From a virus (taxonomy: Duplodnaviria; Caudoviricetes), in the IMG/VR virus record IMGVR_UViG_3300037070_002091, positions 1 through 51,987 of that record: a stretch of 51,987 nucleotides of DNA; one strand, written 5' to 3'. This document shows positions 8,992 to 19,109 of this stretch, one piece after another; the first letter of the stretch is position 1; every line of letters begins with the position of its first letter. The translations under genes were made by a program, and so were the position numbers. Under the pieces are notes generated by a model that was given only the letters and a program-made list of their open reading frames with translations, was not told where the DNA came from and did not search any database.

Positions 8992-11601
8992 ATGCGGAAC
9001 CAGGCGCTCTCCTCGGTCCTCCGAAAGTACCGGCAGGAAATCCACGTTTCCGACAACCCGGCGCACAACGCCTCGGTTCGCGACAGCCAGGTCTACGAAT
9101 TGCAGACCGAGCAGGAGCGGCTCTGGAAAAAGCATTCGTGGCCCTTTCTGCGTGTCGAAAGGTACATCGACCTCCAGGCAGGCCAGCGGTTCTACGACAC
9201 GCGCGGCGCCAAGCTCTACGACGGCACCCCGAAGAGCGACCTAGGCATCGAACGCCTCGAGAAGGTCGAACTACGCTGGGGGCCGGGCTGGTACGAGCTG
9301 CGCCCGGACATCGGCCCCGGGGAGTATCAGAGGGTCGATAGCGAGCTAGGCACCCGCGGGTGGCCGTGCGAGGCGTGGCGAGTCTACGAGGACGAGCAGT
9401 TCGAGATCTGGCCCATCCCGTCGGAAAACGCCGATCCGGTCAGCATCGACGGCCGGCTCCGACTGACCGGGATCCGCGACCTCCGCCCCTTCATAGCCGA
9501 CGATGACCGCTGCGACCTCGACGACAACATGGTCATCAAGTTCGCGGCGGCCCGGTACAAGGCGGGCTCCGGCGGGAAGGACGCGCAGATCGTCCTCGAC
9601 GAGGGTAAGGGCCTCGAAACCGACCTGACCGGCAACTTCGTGAAAGCGAAGGTGTTTAGTCTAGGCGGGAGCGAGCTTACGGCGTTCCGCGGGCGGCGCG
9701 GCCCCCAAGGGCCGCTCGGCGGGGGTGCGGGCGTGTCCGCTCCCTCGGGGTCTTCGTCGAGCGGGGGCGGCTCGGGTAGCAGCAGCGCCCCCAGCGTCAC
9801 CAACGTCACGAATATCTACCAGGTCTCCGCCGACAGCGAGGTCATCCGGCCGGAGGACTATACCCTCGGAGCTGATGACCTGAACATCGCACAGGCGTTC
9901 ACGGATGGCATGCTGACCGGCCGCCCGGTCCGCCTCGATGGCAGCTACGCGCTCTCAGGGTCGCTCTCGACCGTCGCCATGACGACCGAGCACCTGACGA
10001 TTCTTGGCTCCGGCCTGATAACCTACACCGCCAACGTGGGCGTCGGGATGTCTTTCCACGCCACCTACCCGGCCGCGGTTGCGGTTTCAGCGGTAACGCA
10101 GACGACGCGCTCGTTCCCGGGTACTGGTACGACGGCCTGCGAATGCACCCAGATCGCCGCGGCGGGCCACGGCTGCACCGTTGGCGACATCATCAAGATC
10201 GTCTCGGACGACCAGATCGTCCCGCAGGCAGCAGTGAACCACCGCCAGGGCGAGTTCTGCTACGTCGCCGATGTAGATGGGAATGACCTCTACGTCGCCG
10301 GCTACCTGCACGACACCTACACGACAACCGTGCGGATCGTTCGGGTGCGGACCGAGGCGAAGCTGGCCATAGAAGGGCTACGTTTCGCCGCGACGCCGGA
10401 TCAAATGAGCTGGTCGCTGACGATGCTCAAGGTGACGGGTTTTGCCTTCCCACGCATCCGGACAAGTTGCGTGTCCGGCTACAGCCAGGGGCTCTATCTG
10501 TCATCCTGTTTCATGGCTGACGTCGATATCGACGGCACCGAAATGCTCAATCGCATCGGGAGCGGGAGCAGCAACGGATATCTGCTCCTCGACAGCACGT
10601 CGGCCTACACGTTGGCCAAAGTTAAGGCGGTCGATGCGCGGCACGCCTACACGACAAGCACCCCAGCCTCGAGCACGAGCGATGAAGCGTACCTCTACGG
10701 TCGCACCTATGGTGCGGAGGTTACTGGAACGGCGCACGGCTGCTCCTCGGCGGCTTTCGACACTCATTCCGAGGCTGTGGACGTCACCTTCCGGGGCATC
10801 TCGACCGGCGGCGCCCGGAACGGCGAGGAGGCTTCCGGCATTGGCGCGCAGCTCCGTGGCACGGGAACCCAGCTCATCGGTGGCCGCGACTTCATGTCCA
10901 CCTACGGGGCCAACGTCCATGTCCAGGTCGAGGGGGACTGTGTCGATAACGAGATCATCGACTGGAACTTCACCGGCCTTGGGGACGGCGTTCGGATAAA
11001 CTTCCCCAGCGCCGCCTTCCCCGCGGTCCGCCCGATAGTGCGTGGCGGGAAATTCCGCTCCAACTTCACGAGATGCGCCGCGCTCTGGCTTTGCTCCGGT
11101 GCGATCATCGAGAACCTATACCTCGCTCCCTACGGCTCCACGGCCAACATGGAAGGCATCTACATCGGCAATGACGTCGAGGTGCTGGTCCGTAACCTGA
11201 CCGTCGATCTCTCGGGTTACAGCGGCTCAACGTTCCGTGTTTTCGGCATCCACGCCGCCGGCAGCACCCTCGTTGTCGATGGTGCCAGGGTCATCGGGGC
11301 GTCCGGCAAGCTCCAGGCCTGGATCACCGGCGGGAGCAATGCGGGGACTTACCGGCGGTCTAGGCTAGTCACTGACGCGGCGCCGAGTAGCGGCGAGATC
11401 ATCAACGGCGGCTCGCTCACCACCCAGCTACTCGGGGCGATGAAGCCGGAGGCTTTCGCGATCGCCAGTCTGCCGTCCGCGGCGGCCGAGGGTGCCGGGA
11501 CGATCGTCTGGACGACCAACGGCTACGCCGGCGCGGCCGGCATGGCGTATTCGAACGGGACAGATTGGAAGCGATTTGATACCGGCGCGACGGTCTCGTA
11601 A
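8992..11601 (+). CDS. Head-tail adaptor-like domain fused to a beta-helix tailspike/depolymerase-like domain
   Basis: First ~230 aa carry an adaptor-like W.WPFL motif at the adaptor gene position, then a Gly/Ser linker, then ~600 aa of beta-helix-like sequence ending AYSNGTDWKR. Confidence 0.65.
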   Translation: MRNQALSSVLRKYRQEIHVSDNPAHNASVRDSQVYELQTEQERLWKKHSWPFLRVERYIDLQAGQRFYDTRGAKLYDGTPKSDLGIERLEKVELRWGPGWYELRPDIGPGEYQRVDSELGTRGWPCEAWRVYEDEQFEIWPIPSENADPVSIDGRLRLTGIRDLRPFIADDDRCDLDDNMVIKFAAARYKAGSGGKDAQIVLDEGKGLETDLTGNFVKAKVFSLGGSELTAFRGRRGPQGPLGGGAGVSAPSGSSSSGGGSGSSSAPSVTNVTNIYQVSADSEVIRPEDYTLGADDLNIAQAFTDGMLTGRPVRLDGSYALSGSLSTVAMTTEHLTILGSGLITYTANVGVGMSFHATYPAAVAVSAVTQTTRSFPGTGTTACECTQIAAAGHGCTVGDIIKIVSDDQIVPQAAVNHRQGEFCYVADVDGNDLYVAGYLHDTYTTTVRIVRVRTEAKLAIEGLRFAATPDQMSWSLTMLKVTGFAFPRIRTSCVSGYSQGLYLSSCFMADVDIDGTEMLNRIGSGSSNGYLLLDSTSAYTLAKVKAVDARHAYTTSTPASSTSDEAYLYGRTYGAEVTGTAHGCSSAAFDTHSEAVDVTFRGISTGGARNGEEASGIGAQLRGTGTQLIGGRDFMSTYGANVHVQVEGDCVDNEIIDWNFTGLGDGVRINFPSAAFPAVRPIVRGGKFRSNFTRCAALWLCSGAIIENLYLAPYGSTANMEGIYIGNDVEVLVRNLTVDLSGYSGSTFRVFGIHAAGSTLVVDGARVIGASGKLQAWITGGSNAGTYRRSRLVTDAAPSSGEIINGGSLTTQLLGAMKPEAFAIASLPSAAAEGAGTIVWTTNGYAGAAGMAYSNGTDWKRFDTGATVS

Positions 11602-13010
11602 TGGGCACCATCTGGATCAAGGAGTTCAAGGGCGGCCTCGACACCCGGCGGCTCCCCGAGACGACGTCCGGCGGGACGCTGATCCGCTGCTACGATGGCC
11701 ACCTCACGCAAGGCGGCGAGATCGAGCAGCGCGCGATCTTCGAGCTCGTCTGGGCCTCGCCGCAGGGCTCGTCGAAGGGGCTGGCGTCGACGCCCGAGAG
11801 CCTCGTGATCTTCGGCCACGCCTCGGAGCCAGCCGGGCTCCCGGCCAACTTCATCTACCAGCAGCTCGCCCACCCGAGCGGGGAGGCCCTGGTCGCGGTA
11901 CCCGGCTGGGACAACTTCGGTGGCGAGATCGTCGCGGCGGCGCGCTTCGCCGACAACTCGCGCTACCTCTTCGTCGACGGCACGCTCGTCACTGACGGCG
12001 GCGTGCCTGAGGAGCCGACTAGCGTTTTGACCGCCAACTCGAAGATCAACGTCGGCTCGGGAACGTCGGTTGTCTTCTCCAAGATCCGGGATGCGACCGA
12101 CTTCACCGGCACGGGCTATGGCTTCATAGATATGGCCTTCGAGATCGGCGATGACGCCTCGGTTATAGCCATCGCCGAGTACGACACCGAGGTTGCGGTC
12201 TTCTTCCCCCGCAACATCATGATCTGGCATTTCGACACCGATCCGGACAACACGGCGCCGGTCCAGCGTCTCAACGCGGCGGGAACGTTCGGCGCCCGGG
12301 CCGTGGTGCCGTTCAGCGACAGTGACCTGATCTTCTACGACCAGACCGGGCTCCGCTCGCTCCGCGCCCGTGATTCGTCCAGGGCCGCCATGACGGTCGA
12401 CATCGGCAGCGCGATCGACGCGCTCACGGTCGCCGCCTACGCAGCCGCGAGCGACTTGCAGCGCGAGCTCACCGTCGGCGTCGTCGACCCCGCGACCGGG
12501 CGGCTCTGGATGGCGATTGGCGACACGATCTTCATTCTCTCGAGCTATCAGGCGACGAAGGTCACGGCCTGGTCGATCTACCGGCCCGGGTTTAGCGTCG
12601 ATGCTATGGTGGCCTGGAACGACCATATCTACCTGCGATCCGGCGACGATTTCTACGTCTACGGCGGCGAGGGCGAGCCGGCGTACAGCGACACCGTCGA
12701 GACTGAGGTTTGGCTGCCCTATCTCGACGCCAACGTGCCAGCGCAGGCGAAGACGCTGCACGGCGTCGACGTCGCCTGTCGCGGCGTGTGGGAAGTCCGC
12801 GTTGGTTTCGACCCGAGGAACCTCAACGCCTCCGACCTTCTGGGCCGGGTGAACGGGACGACTTACGGGATTCGACCGGTCAGCGTGACCGGGCGTGGGA
12901 CGCACATCGGCCTGCGCTTCCGCGTCCTTGGCCCCGTCAGCGCCACGGAGCCGGCCGTGCTTGCCGCCGCGGCCATCCACCACGACCTCGACGACCAGAC
13001 GGACAGCTGA
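11601..13010 (+). CDS. Tail nozzle / DNA-stabilisation protein
   Basis: N-terminal FKGGLD motif, beta-rich, positioned after adaptor and before ejection genes. Confidence 0.75.
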   Translation: MGTIWIKEFKGGLDTRRLPETTSGGTLIRCYDGHLTQGGEIEQRAIFELVWASPQGSSKGLASTPESLVIFGHASEPAGLPANFIYQQLAHPSGEALVAVPGWDNFGGEIVAAARFADNSRYLFVDGTLVTDGGVPEEPTSVLTANSKINVGSGTSVVFSKIRDATDFTGTGYGFIDMAFEIGDDASVIAIAEYDTEVAVFFPRNIMIWHFDTDPDNTAPVQRLNAAGTFGARAVVPFSDSDLIFYDQTGLRSLRARDSSRAAMTVDIGSAIDALTVAAYAAASDLQRELTVGVVDPATGRLWMAIGDTIFILSSYQATKVTAWSIYRPGFSVDAMVAWNDHIYLRSGDDFYVYGGEGEPAYSDTVETEVWLPYLDANVPAQAKTLHGVDVACRGVWEVRVGFDPRNLNASDLLGRVNGTTYGIRPVSVTGRGTHIGLRFRVLGPVSATEPAVLAAAAIHHDLDDQTDS

Positions 13011-13456
13011 TGTTCGTGCGTCTCTTGATGCCCCACGACCGCGAGGCGGTGCGGGCGCTGGTGCGGGCTGGTATCGAGGAGAGCGCGCCGGACCTGGGCT
13101 TCGACGAAGAGGTGTTCAACCGCACCTTCGACGCCAGTGTCACGACTGGCCACCCGACGTGTTTCGTCGTCGTTGACCCCCCGGCCGGGGTAGTCGGGGT
13201 GCTTTTGTGCGTGATCGAGGGCTTCTACTTCCACGCTGGCCTTTCAACAGCGGTGCATGTAATCTACGTCGCGCCCGCCAAGCGCGGCACTCGGGCTCCC
13301 GCACTCCTGATGCAAGCCTTCCTCGCATGGAGTGAACAAGTGGGCGCCCGGCGAAAGCACCTCGGAATCGGCAACTCCCTCCACCCCGATCGCACCGCTC
13401 GGTTCTTCGAGCGTTTCGGCGCGCGGCGTGTAGGCTATGAGCTCGTGATCGAATGA
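13010..13456 (+). CDS. GNAT-family acetyltransferase
   Basis: ATG overlaps upstream TGA; motif A IYVAPAKRGT and RFFERFG. Confidence 0.85.
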   Translation: MFVRLLMPHDREAVRALVRAGIEESAPDLGFDEEVFNRTFDASVTTGHPTCFVVVDPPAGVVGVLLCVIEGFYFHAGLSTAVHVIYVAPAKRGTRAPALLMQAFLAWSEQVGARRKHLGIGNSLHPDRTARFFERFGARRVGYELVIE

Positions 13457-14064
13457 ACGGTGGAAGCGCCAGCAAGGAAGCGAAGCAGGCTCGACGGGCG
13501 GAGGACGAGCGCCAGTCCGAGATCCGCAGCGGCACGAACAAGACGAACTACATCTTCGACAAGCAGTTCGATCCTGCATTTTTTGCCAAGCAGTCGAAGG
13601 CGTACACCGACTATGCGACGCCGCAGCTGGAAGACCAGTACAAGGACACCGGCGAGGCCCTGACCTACGACCTCGCCCGGCGCGGGCTGACCGACAGCAG
13701 CGTGCGCGGTGAGAAGACGGCGGACCTGACGAAGCTCTACACGCTGTCGAAGCAGGACATCACCGGCAAGGCGCGCGAGTTCAGCACCGATGCGAAGAAC
13801 AGGGTCGAGGACGCCCGCGCCGATGTGATCGGCCAGCTCCAGGCCACCGGCGACGCCAAGGGCGCCGCCTCGTCCGCGCTCGCCCGCGCCGATGCGCTAT
13901 CGAAGCCCCCGGCCTATTCGCCGCTGGAGAATCTCTTCGTCGACTTCACCGACGCCCTCGGCACGCAGGCCGGGCTCGAGCGGGCCTACGCCGCCGGCTC
14001 GCCGATGCGCCCGCGGTACAACCTCGGGCTCTACGACAACAACCGATCGGTGCGGGTGAGCTGA
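13453..14064 (+). CDS. Internal virion (ejection) protein
   Basis: MNGGS start, helical, LARRGL..SS motif, located in ejection cluster. Confidence 0.65.
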   Translation: MNGGSASKEAKQARRAEDERQSEIRSGTNKTNYIFDKQFDPAFFAKQSKAYTDYATPQLEDQYKDTGEALTYDLARRGLTDSSVRGEKTADLTKLYTLSKQDITGKAREFSTDAKNRVEDARADVIGQLQATGDAKGAASSALARADALSKPPAYSPLENLFVDFTDALGTQAGLERAYAAGSPMRPRYNLGLYDNNRSVRVS

Positions 14065-14065
14065 C

Positions 14066-14740
14066 ATGGACCCGATTACCCTAGCCCTCCTCGCGGCCGC
14101 CCTCACGGCGGGCGGCGTCGGGGCCAACTACGTCGGAGCGCAGCGGGCGCAGGACGCGCAGGCTGGCACCATGCGGCGAGAGCGCGCTCGCGAGAGCAAG
14201 CTCGACGCGCAGGCCTTCGACGTCAACAAGCGGACGCAGAGCCGCTACAAAGACTTCGGAGACGACCAGGCAGCACGGGAGCAGGCGCTCACCGCCCTCT
14301 ACCAGGAGCCGGGCGCCAACGCGCCGGAGTTTGGCCCCGCGCCCTCGGACAGCAACATCACCGTGCAGCATGAGGCCGGCGAGAAGGCCAAGGCCAAGGG
14401 GTACACCGACCAGCAGGGCGCAGCGAAGGCCAAGCTCCTGTCTTTCGGTGATCTGACCGGCGACATCAGCCGCGGCCAGAGCCGCGACGCGACGCAGCTG
14501 CATGGGATCGAGGGCTTCCGGCGCGGGTCGCAGGGCGTGCTCCCGGTGGAGCTCGATGCGGCGCAGGGCCAGGGAGCGGGCTGGCGGCTCGGCGGCGACA
14601 TCCTGACTGGCCTGGGGTCCGTCGCGACGATGGGCGCGCTCTCGGGTGCCACGCTGCCCGGCGCGTCGGGCATCTTGTCGAAGCTGGGTCTGGGCGCGAA
14701 GAAGGCCGTTCCTGCGTCGAATCTCCTCGGGCTCTACTGA
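14066..14740 (+). CDS. Internal virion (ejection) protein
   Basis: MDPIT plus hydrophobic Ala/Gly N-terminus, coiled middle, Gly-rich hydrophobic C-terminal part. Confidence 0.7.
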   Translation: MDPITLALLAAALTAGGVGANYVGAQRAQDAQAGTMRRERARESKLDAQAFDVNKRTQSRYKDFGDDQAAREQALTALYQEPGANAPEFGPAPSDSNITVQHEAGEKAKAKGYTDQQGAAKAKLLSFGDLTGDISRGQSRDATQLHGIEGFRRGSQGVLPVELDAAQGQGAGWRLGGDILTGLGSVATMGALSGATLPGASGILSKLGLGAKKAVPASNLLGLY

Positions 14741-16224
14741 TGGGAACCCGTTTGAACCGCTACTATAACGACCCGAACATCGGTGCGGCGTTCCAAAACC
14801 TGTCGTCGATCTTCGCGCCACAGGCCCCGGCTGACATCCTCGCCTACGCGCAGGCCGCGAAGGTACAGCGCGAGACGCAAGGCCTCGATACGCTATACGG
14901 TCTCGACCCGGCCGCCGATCCGAACGCATATGACCGCGCGGCCATCGCCGCGGGCCGGTACTCGCCGACGCAGAGCTACAAGGCCCTCGGCATGGGCGAC
15001 GCCACCGATCGACGCGGGCAGGATGTCGCGGCCGGGGCCTCGCGCTACGGTTCCGATCGAGGCTACGCGGCGTCGACCGAGAACAACGTGCGCGACAACA
15101 AGACCAACCTCGCCAAGACGGTGTTTGGCAACCTAGGCCAGGGGGACACGCGGCCCGACATTACCGCCGAGTGGGCCGGTGCCCTCGGCGTGCCGACCCT
15201 AGGCGCGACGGCAGGCACTCCGAAGCCCTTGAGCCAGGACGAGGTGGAGGCGCAGCTTCTTACTGACGCGATCGGTAAGGGTATGGTCGGACCGCAGGAC
15301 GCGGCGACCGCGATGAAGAGCGACATCCCGGTTGAGCAGATCGTCAGCGCGGTCAGCGGTCAGCCGGAGATCGTCAACCGTGCTGACGCTGTCGGCCAGA
15401 AGCCCTACGCTACGCCGGGCTCGCTGCCGGCGAAGGTGCTGAAAACCTACACTATTCGCGACGCGGCCGGGAACGTCATCCGCAACGGTTCGGCGGTCTT
15501 CGATCCCGGCTCGGGCACGATGACCGACGAGGCCACCGGCCAGCGGCTTCCCGAAGGAACGACGATCGGTGACATCCAGGACACGCAGGCCGGGATGACG
15601 ACCACGACGAACTCCAACGTCCAGAATCAGGGCTTGGCCTCGGTAGACGCCATCAAGACGATCGACCGGCTTACGTCGCTCATCTCGCTCCACCCTGGAT
15701 CGCAGGGCCTCGCCGGGCAGCTGCGGGGCACGGTGCAGGACGTCATCGCTACAATGGGCGACGTGGGCCAGCAGTTCGGTGGCGAAGTCGAAGCGATGCA
15801 GCGCGCCGTCGCCGCCGACCCGAGTCTGCGGGCGGTGATGGGCGACGACGTCTTTGACCCGAGCATCCCCGCGATCGAGATGCAGGCCAACATCCTCGCG
15901 TGGCAGGTCGCGAAGGTAATGGCTGGTGGCGACCGCGTCTCAAACCAGCAGTTGATCGAGGCCAAGAATCAGGTCGGCGCGAGTGGCATCTTCGCCCCGA
16001 ACACATCGAACACCCCGGCTCGACTGGCTGAACTCCGGCAGCACATGATCGACATGGCCGACACACGTGAAGGCATCCAGGCCAGCCCGATCCAGCGGCA
16101 GATCGACGCGCTGCGCACGCCGCCAGGGACGCCCCCGGCCGCCGCGCCGCTCAACACGCCGACCGCGACCGGCCCGAACGGCGAGAAGCTCAAGCTGGTG
16201 AACGGCCAATGGGTTCCGCAGTAG
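14740..16224 (+). CDS. Internal virion (ejection) protein
   Basis: 494 aa Ala/Gln-rich; ends ATGPNGEKLKLVNGQWVPQ, a pattern typical of podoviral ejection proteins. Confidence 0.65.
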   Translation: MGTRLNRYYNDPNIGAAFQNLSSIFAPQAPADILAYAQAAKVQRETQGLDTLYGLDPAADPNAYDRAAIAAGRYSPTQSYKALGMGDATDRRGQDVAAGASRYGSDRGYAASTENNVRDNKTNLAKTVFGNLGQGDTRPDITAEWAGALGVPTLGATAGTPKPLSQDEVEAQLLTDAIGKGMVGPQDAATAMKSDIPVEQIVSAVSGQPEIVNRADAVGQKPYATPGSLPAKVLKTYTIRDAAGNVIRNGSAVFDPGSGTMTDEATGQRLPEGTTIGDIQDTQAGMTTTTNSNVQNQGLASVDAIKTIDRLTSLISLHPGSQGLAGQLRGTVQDVIATMGDVGQQFGGEVEAMQRAVAADPSLRAVMGDDVFDPSIPAIEMQANILAWQVAKVMAGGDRVSNQQLIEAKNQVGASGIFAPNTSNTPARLAELRQHMIDMADTREGIQASPIQRQIDALRTPPGTPPAAAPLNTPTATGPNGEKLKLVNGQWVPQ

Positions 16225-19109
16225 CCCTTCCGCCCCTGCCGCCGGGGTTCACGCTCGACGCACAGCCGGGCGCCATCCCGCCGCTGCCGCCCGGGTTCAC
16301 GATGGACCCGCCGCCCACCGTGGCCGGAGTCGCGGGCGACGTCGCGGGGCAGGCCGAGACTGGTGCCGACGAGCTGATGGGCTACCTGGGTGACACGATG
16401 TTCCCTGACAACGGGGGGACTGACGCGCCGACGCCGCTCTGGAAGCGCGCGGCGGCCACGGCGCTGTCCATCCCGACGTCGCTCGCCGCCGGCGCCAACC
16501 GTGGGCTCGCGGGCCTCGCCGGCGCCCCTGTCGACCTCGTCAACGCCTCGCCGATGCTGCTAAACCTGCTTCCGGGTACGCAGGGCTTCGCGCCGATCTC
16601 GCCGCACCCCTTTGGCGGCTCGGCGGATGTGCAGGCAGTCATGGACGCCCCGGCGCAGGCCGTGGGCGAGACGAGCTTCCCCGAGCCCGAGAATATGGTG
16701 GAGCGGTTCGCCCAGCGCATCGGTATGGAAATCGGCGCGACGGTTCCGTTTCTCGGCGCCGGGGCGAAGCTCGCTTCCACCGGCCGCGCGCTTGAGGAGA
16801 TGAACCCCGTCGCGCGCCACCTCGCGGCGCCGATGCGGGCGAACCCCGAGGGCGCGGTCCAGCGCGAGCTCTCGTTCGGCACGGCCGCGGGCACCGGCGC
16901 GCAGATAGCCAACGAGGCCACCACCGAGGACAATCGCGGCACTCTCGCCAGTGACGTCGGCGGCTCGATCGCGGGGGCCGCGAGCTACGGCGGCGCCTCG
17001 GGCATCCTGGGCCTGTTCCGCAATCTCCTCGCCGGCGCGACCAACAACCCGAGATGGATGGACAATCTCGCCGGCCAGGCCGTCACCGACCAGATCATCG
17101 ACAACTCGACCGAGATGGGCCGACAGGCCGAGCCCTTCATGCTGCGGGGGGAAGCCCCAAAGCTTGATACGGCGCCGCTGGCCGAGGCCCTGCGCACCCC
17201 GGCCGAGGTGGAGCGGCTGGTGCCCGGGTACACCGCCGACATCGGTACGCGGTCGCAGGATCCTAAGCTGCAGACCTTCGCCTCGGACGCCAACTCGCGC
17301 AGCGCCGGCGCGGGTAACGCGGCGCGCACAAGGAACACGGCCGCCGTCAACACCGAGGTCGGACGGCTGGCGCCGCAGGGCGACCCCGCGGAGTTCCGCC
17401 TCGCCTTGCAGCAGGGCGTCGACGAGCAGATTCGCAGCTTGTTTGAAACCGAGCAGCAGGCCCAGGCCGCCGCAGCGCAGTCGGGGGCCGCCGTCACGCC
17501 GCACCTCCCGCACGAGACCGCCCGTGGTTCCATCATGCGCACGGGGCTGCAGGGCTCCTACGACGAGGCCCTCGACCAGGTCGCTCAGATGTACCAGGCG
17601 ATCGAGGGCGGTACGATCGACCCCCAGGCCCTCGCCGCCCGCTTCGCGGAGATGGGCGACACGCTGCCAGTCGAGGCGCCGCGGCCGGCGGCGGCCGGCG
17701 GACCGGCGCGGGTGCTGGAGGCGCGCGGCGAGGCCCCCGTGCCCTTCTCCGAGGCGCAAGCCATCCGGTCGAACCTCTCCGACGAGCAGCGGGCCGCGCG
17801 TGCCGGCAGCGAGCCTTACAGAGCCAGCATCGCCGGACAGTACCGCGACACCCTTGACGAGTATCTCAACGAGTCGATGGACCCCGAGGCGTCGGCGCAG
17901 TACCGCGACGCCAACCGGGCGCGCTTCGACGTGGGGCAGCGGTTCGAGGAGGGCAACACGGCCATCGCGCAGTCGCTCCGGCGCACCGAGCGCGGCGGCT
18001 ACCAGCTTGACGCGAGCGCGCTGCCGCGCAAGTTCATCCAGCCTGACACCGGCAAGATCGGCGACTACGGCATGCTGATGAAGGAAGCGGGCGGTGATGT
18101 GAACGTGCGCGATGCCATCGCCGACCAGATTCTCGCCGACGCCCAGCCTGCCATCAGGCAGGGGGACGCGGCCGTGCGCCAGTTCTTGAACGAGCACAAC
18201 GTCATTCTCTCCGACTTCCCCGAGGTCCGCGGTCGCCTCGAGGAAGCCGGCGTGTCCATGAGTACCATGCGCGACGCTGAGGAGGCGCGTCGGACCGGCG
18301 AGGCGCGTCTCACCACTCCGGGTCGCTCTCCCGAGGCCGACTACCTCAACAAGGCGCCGGGGCAACCCTTTGGTAACGACGAGAGCCGCCGCAGCGTGGC
18401 GCGCATCATCAACGCGGCCGACCCGCGCGCCGCGACGCGCCAGCTGCTCGAGACGGCGGGGAGTGACCCCGAGGCCGCGGTGAACCTGCGCTCCGCTTTC
18501 TGGGAAGAGGTCAGCGGGCGGGGGCACAACAGCGCGACCGACATGGGCGGCCAGGACGTGTGGAACGCGCGCAAGGTGCGCGACATGCTGAACGATCCGA
18601 AGACTTCGGCGGTGGCCGAAGAGTTGTGGAGGGACAACCCTGACGATCTGCAGGCCATTCGCGACGTGTTTACCGCACTGGAAGCGGCGACCCCGGGCAA
18701 AGCTCGGGCGCCGGGCTCCTCCGGTACGGCGCAGTCGATCCAGGGAAAGCTTGACCCCTCCCTCACGACTACCAGCATCGCCAGTCGCGCCCGAAGCGTG
18801 AAGCGCGGGCAGATGTCGCTCCCGATCGCCACCATCGACATCTTGTCGACCTGGATGCGAAACAAGAGCACACAGGTCCAGGCTCGGGCCATCGACACGC
18901 TGGCCGCGCAGGTCGTGAACAACCCCGGCCTCGCCGCCGACCTGCTCGACAAGTTCAACCCGGCCACCTACGCGGCGAGCCGGCAGATGCTCGTGCAGAA
19001 ATACGGCGTGCGCGTCACGAGCCTATTGAAACTGCTCGACGAAGTGAACGGCGGCGAAGAGGATCCGGACGCGGAGATGAAAGGAGCGATCGGCGATGGC
19101 TCTGACTGA
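16209..19109 (+). CDS. Large internal virion (DNA-ejection) protein
   Basis: 966 aa, duplicated N-terminal PPLPPGFT[LM]D, Ala-rich and helical. Confidence 0.7.
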   Translation: MGSAVALPPLPPGFTLDAQPGAIPPLPPGFTMDPPPTVAGVAGDVAGQAETGADELMGYLGDTMFPDNGGTDAPTPLWKRAAATALSIPTSLAAGANRGLAGLAGAPVDLVNASPMLLNLLPGTQGFAPISPHPFGGSADVQAVMDAPAQAVGETSFPEPENMVERFAQRIGMEIGATVPFLGAGAKLASTGRALEEMNPVARHLAAPMRANPEGAVQRELSFGTAAGTGAQIANEATTEDNRGTLASDVGGSIAGAASYGGASGILGLFRNLLAGATNNPRWMDNLAGQAVTDQIIDNSTEMGRQAEPFMLRGEAPKLDTAPLAEALRTPAEVERLVPGYTADIGTRSQDPKLQTFASDANSRSAGAGNAARTRNTAAVNTEVGRLAPQGDPAEFRLALQQGVDEQIRSLFETEQQAQAAAAQSGAAVTPHLPHETARGSIMRTGLQGSYDEALDQVAQMYQAIEGGTIDPQALAARFAEMGDTLPVEAPRPAAAGGPARVLEARGEAPVPFSEAQAIRSNLSDEQRAARAGSEPYRASIAGQYRDTLDEYLNESMDPEASAQYRDANRARFDVGQRFEEGNTAIAQSLRRTERGGYQLDASALPRKFIQPDTGKIGDYGMLMKEAGGDVNVRDAIADQILADAQPAIRQGDAAVRQFLNEHNVILSDFPEVRGRLEEAGVSMSTMRDAEEARRTGEARLTTPGRSPEADYLNKAPGQPFGNDESRRSVARIINAADPRAATRQLLETAGSDPEAAVNLRSAFWEEVSGRGHNSATDMGGQDVWNARKVRDMLNDPKTSAVAEELWRDNPDDLQAIRDVFTALEAATPGKARAPGSSGTAQSIQGKLDPSLTTTSIASRARSVKRGQMSLPIATIDILSTWMRNKSTQVQARAIDTLAAQVVNNPGLAADLLDKFNPATYAASRQMLVQKYGVRVTSLLKLLDEVNGGEEDPDAEMKGAIGDGSD

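Noticed and set aside
2525-18527. Long antisense ORFs such as 2525..4087, 11523..12983 and 16560..18527
   Set aside because: Shadow frames of real plus-strand genes in high-GC DNA; Arg/Gly-rich with no recognisable motifs.
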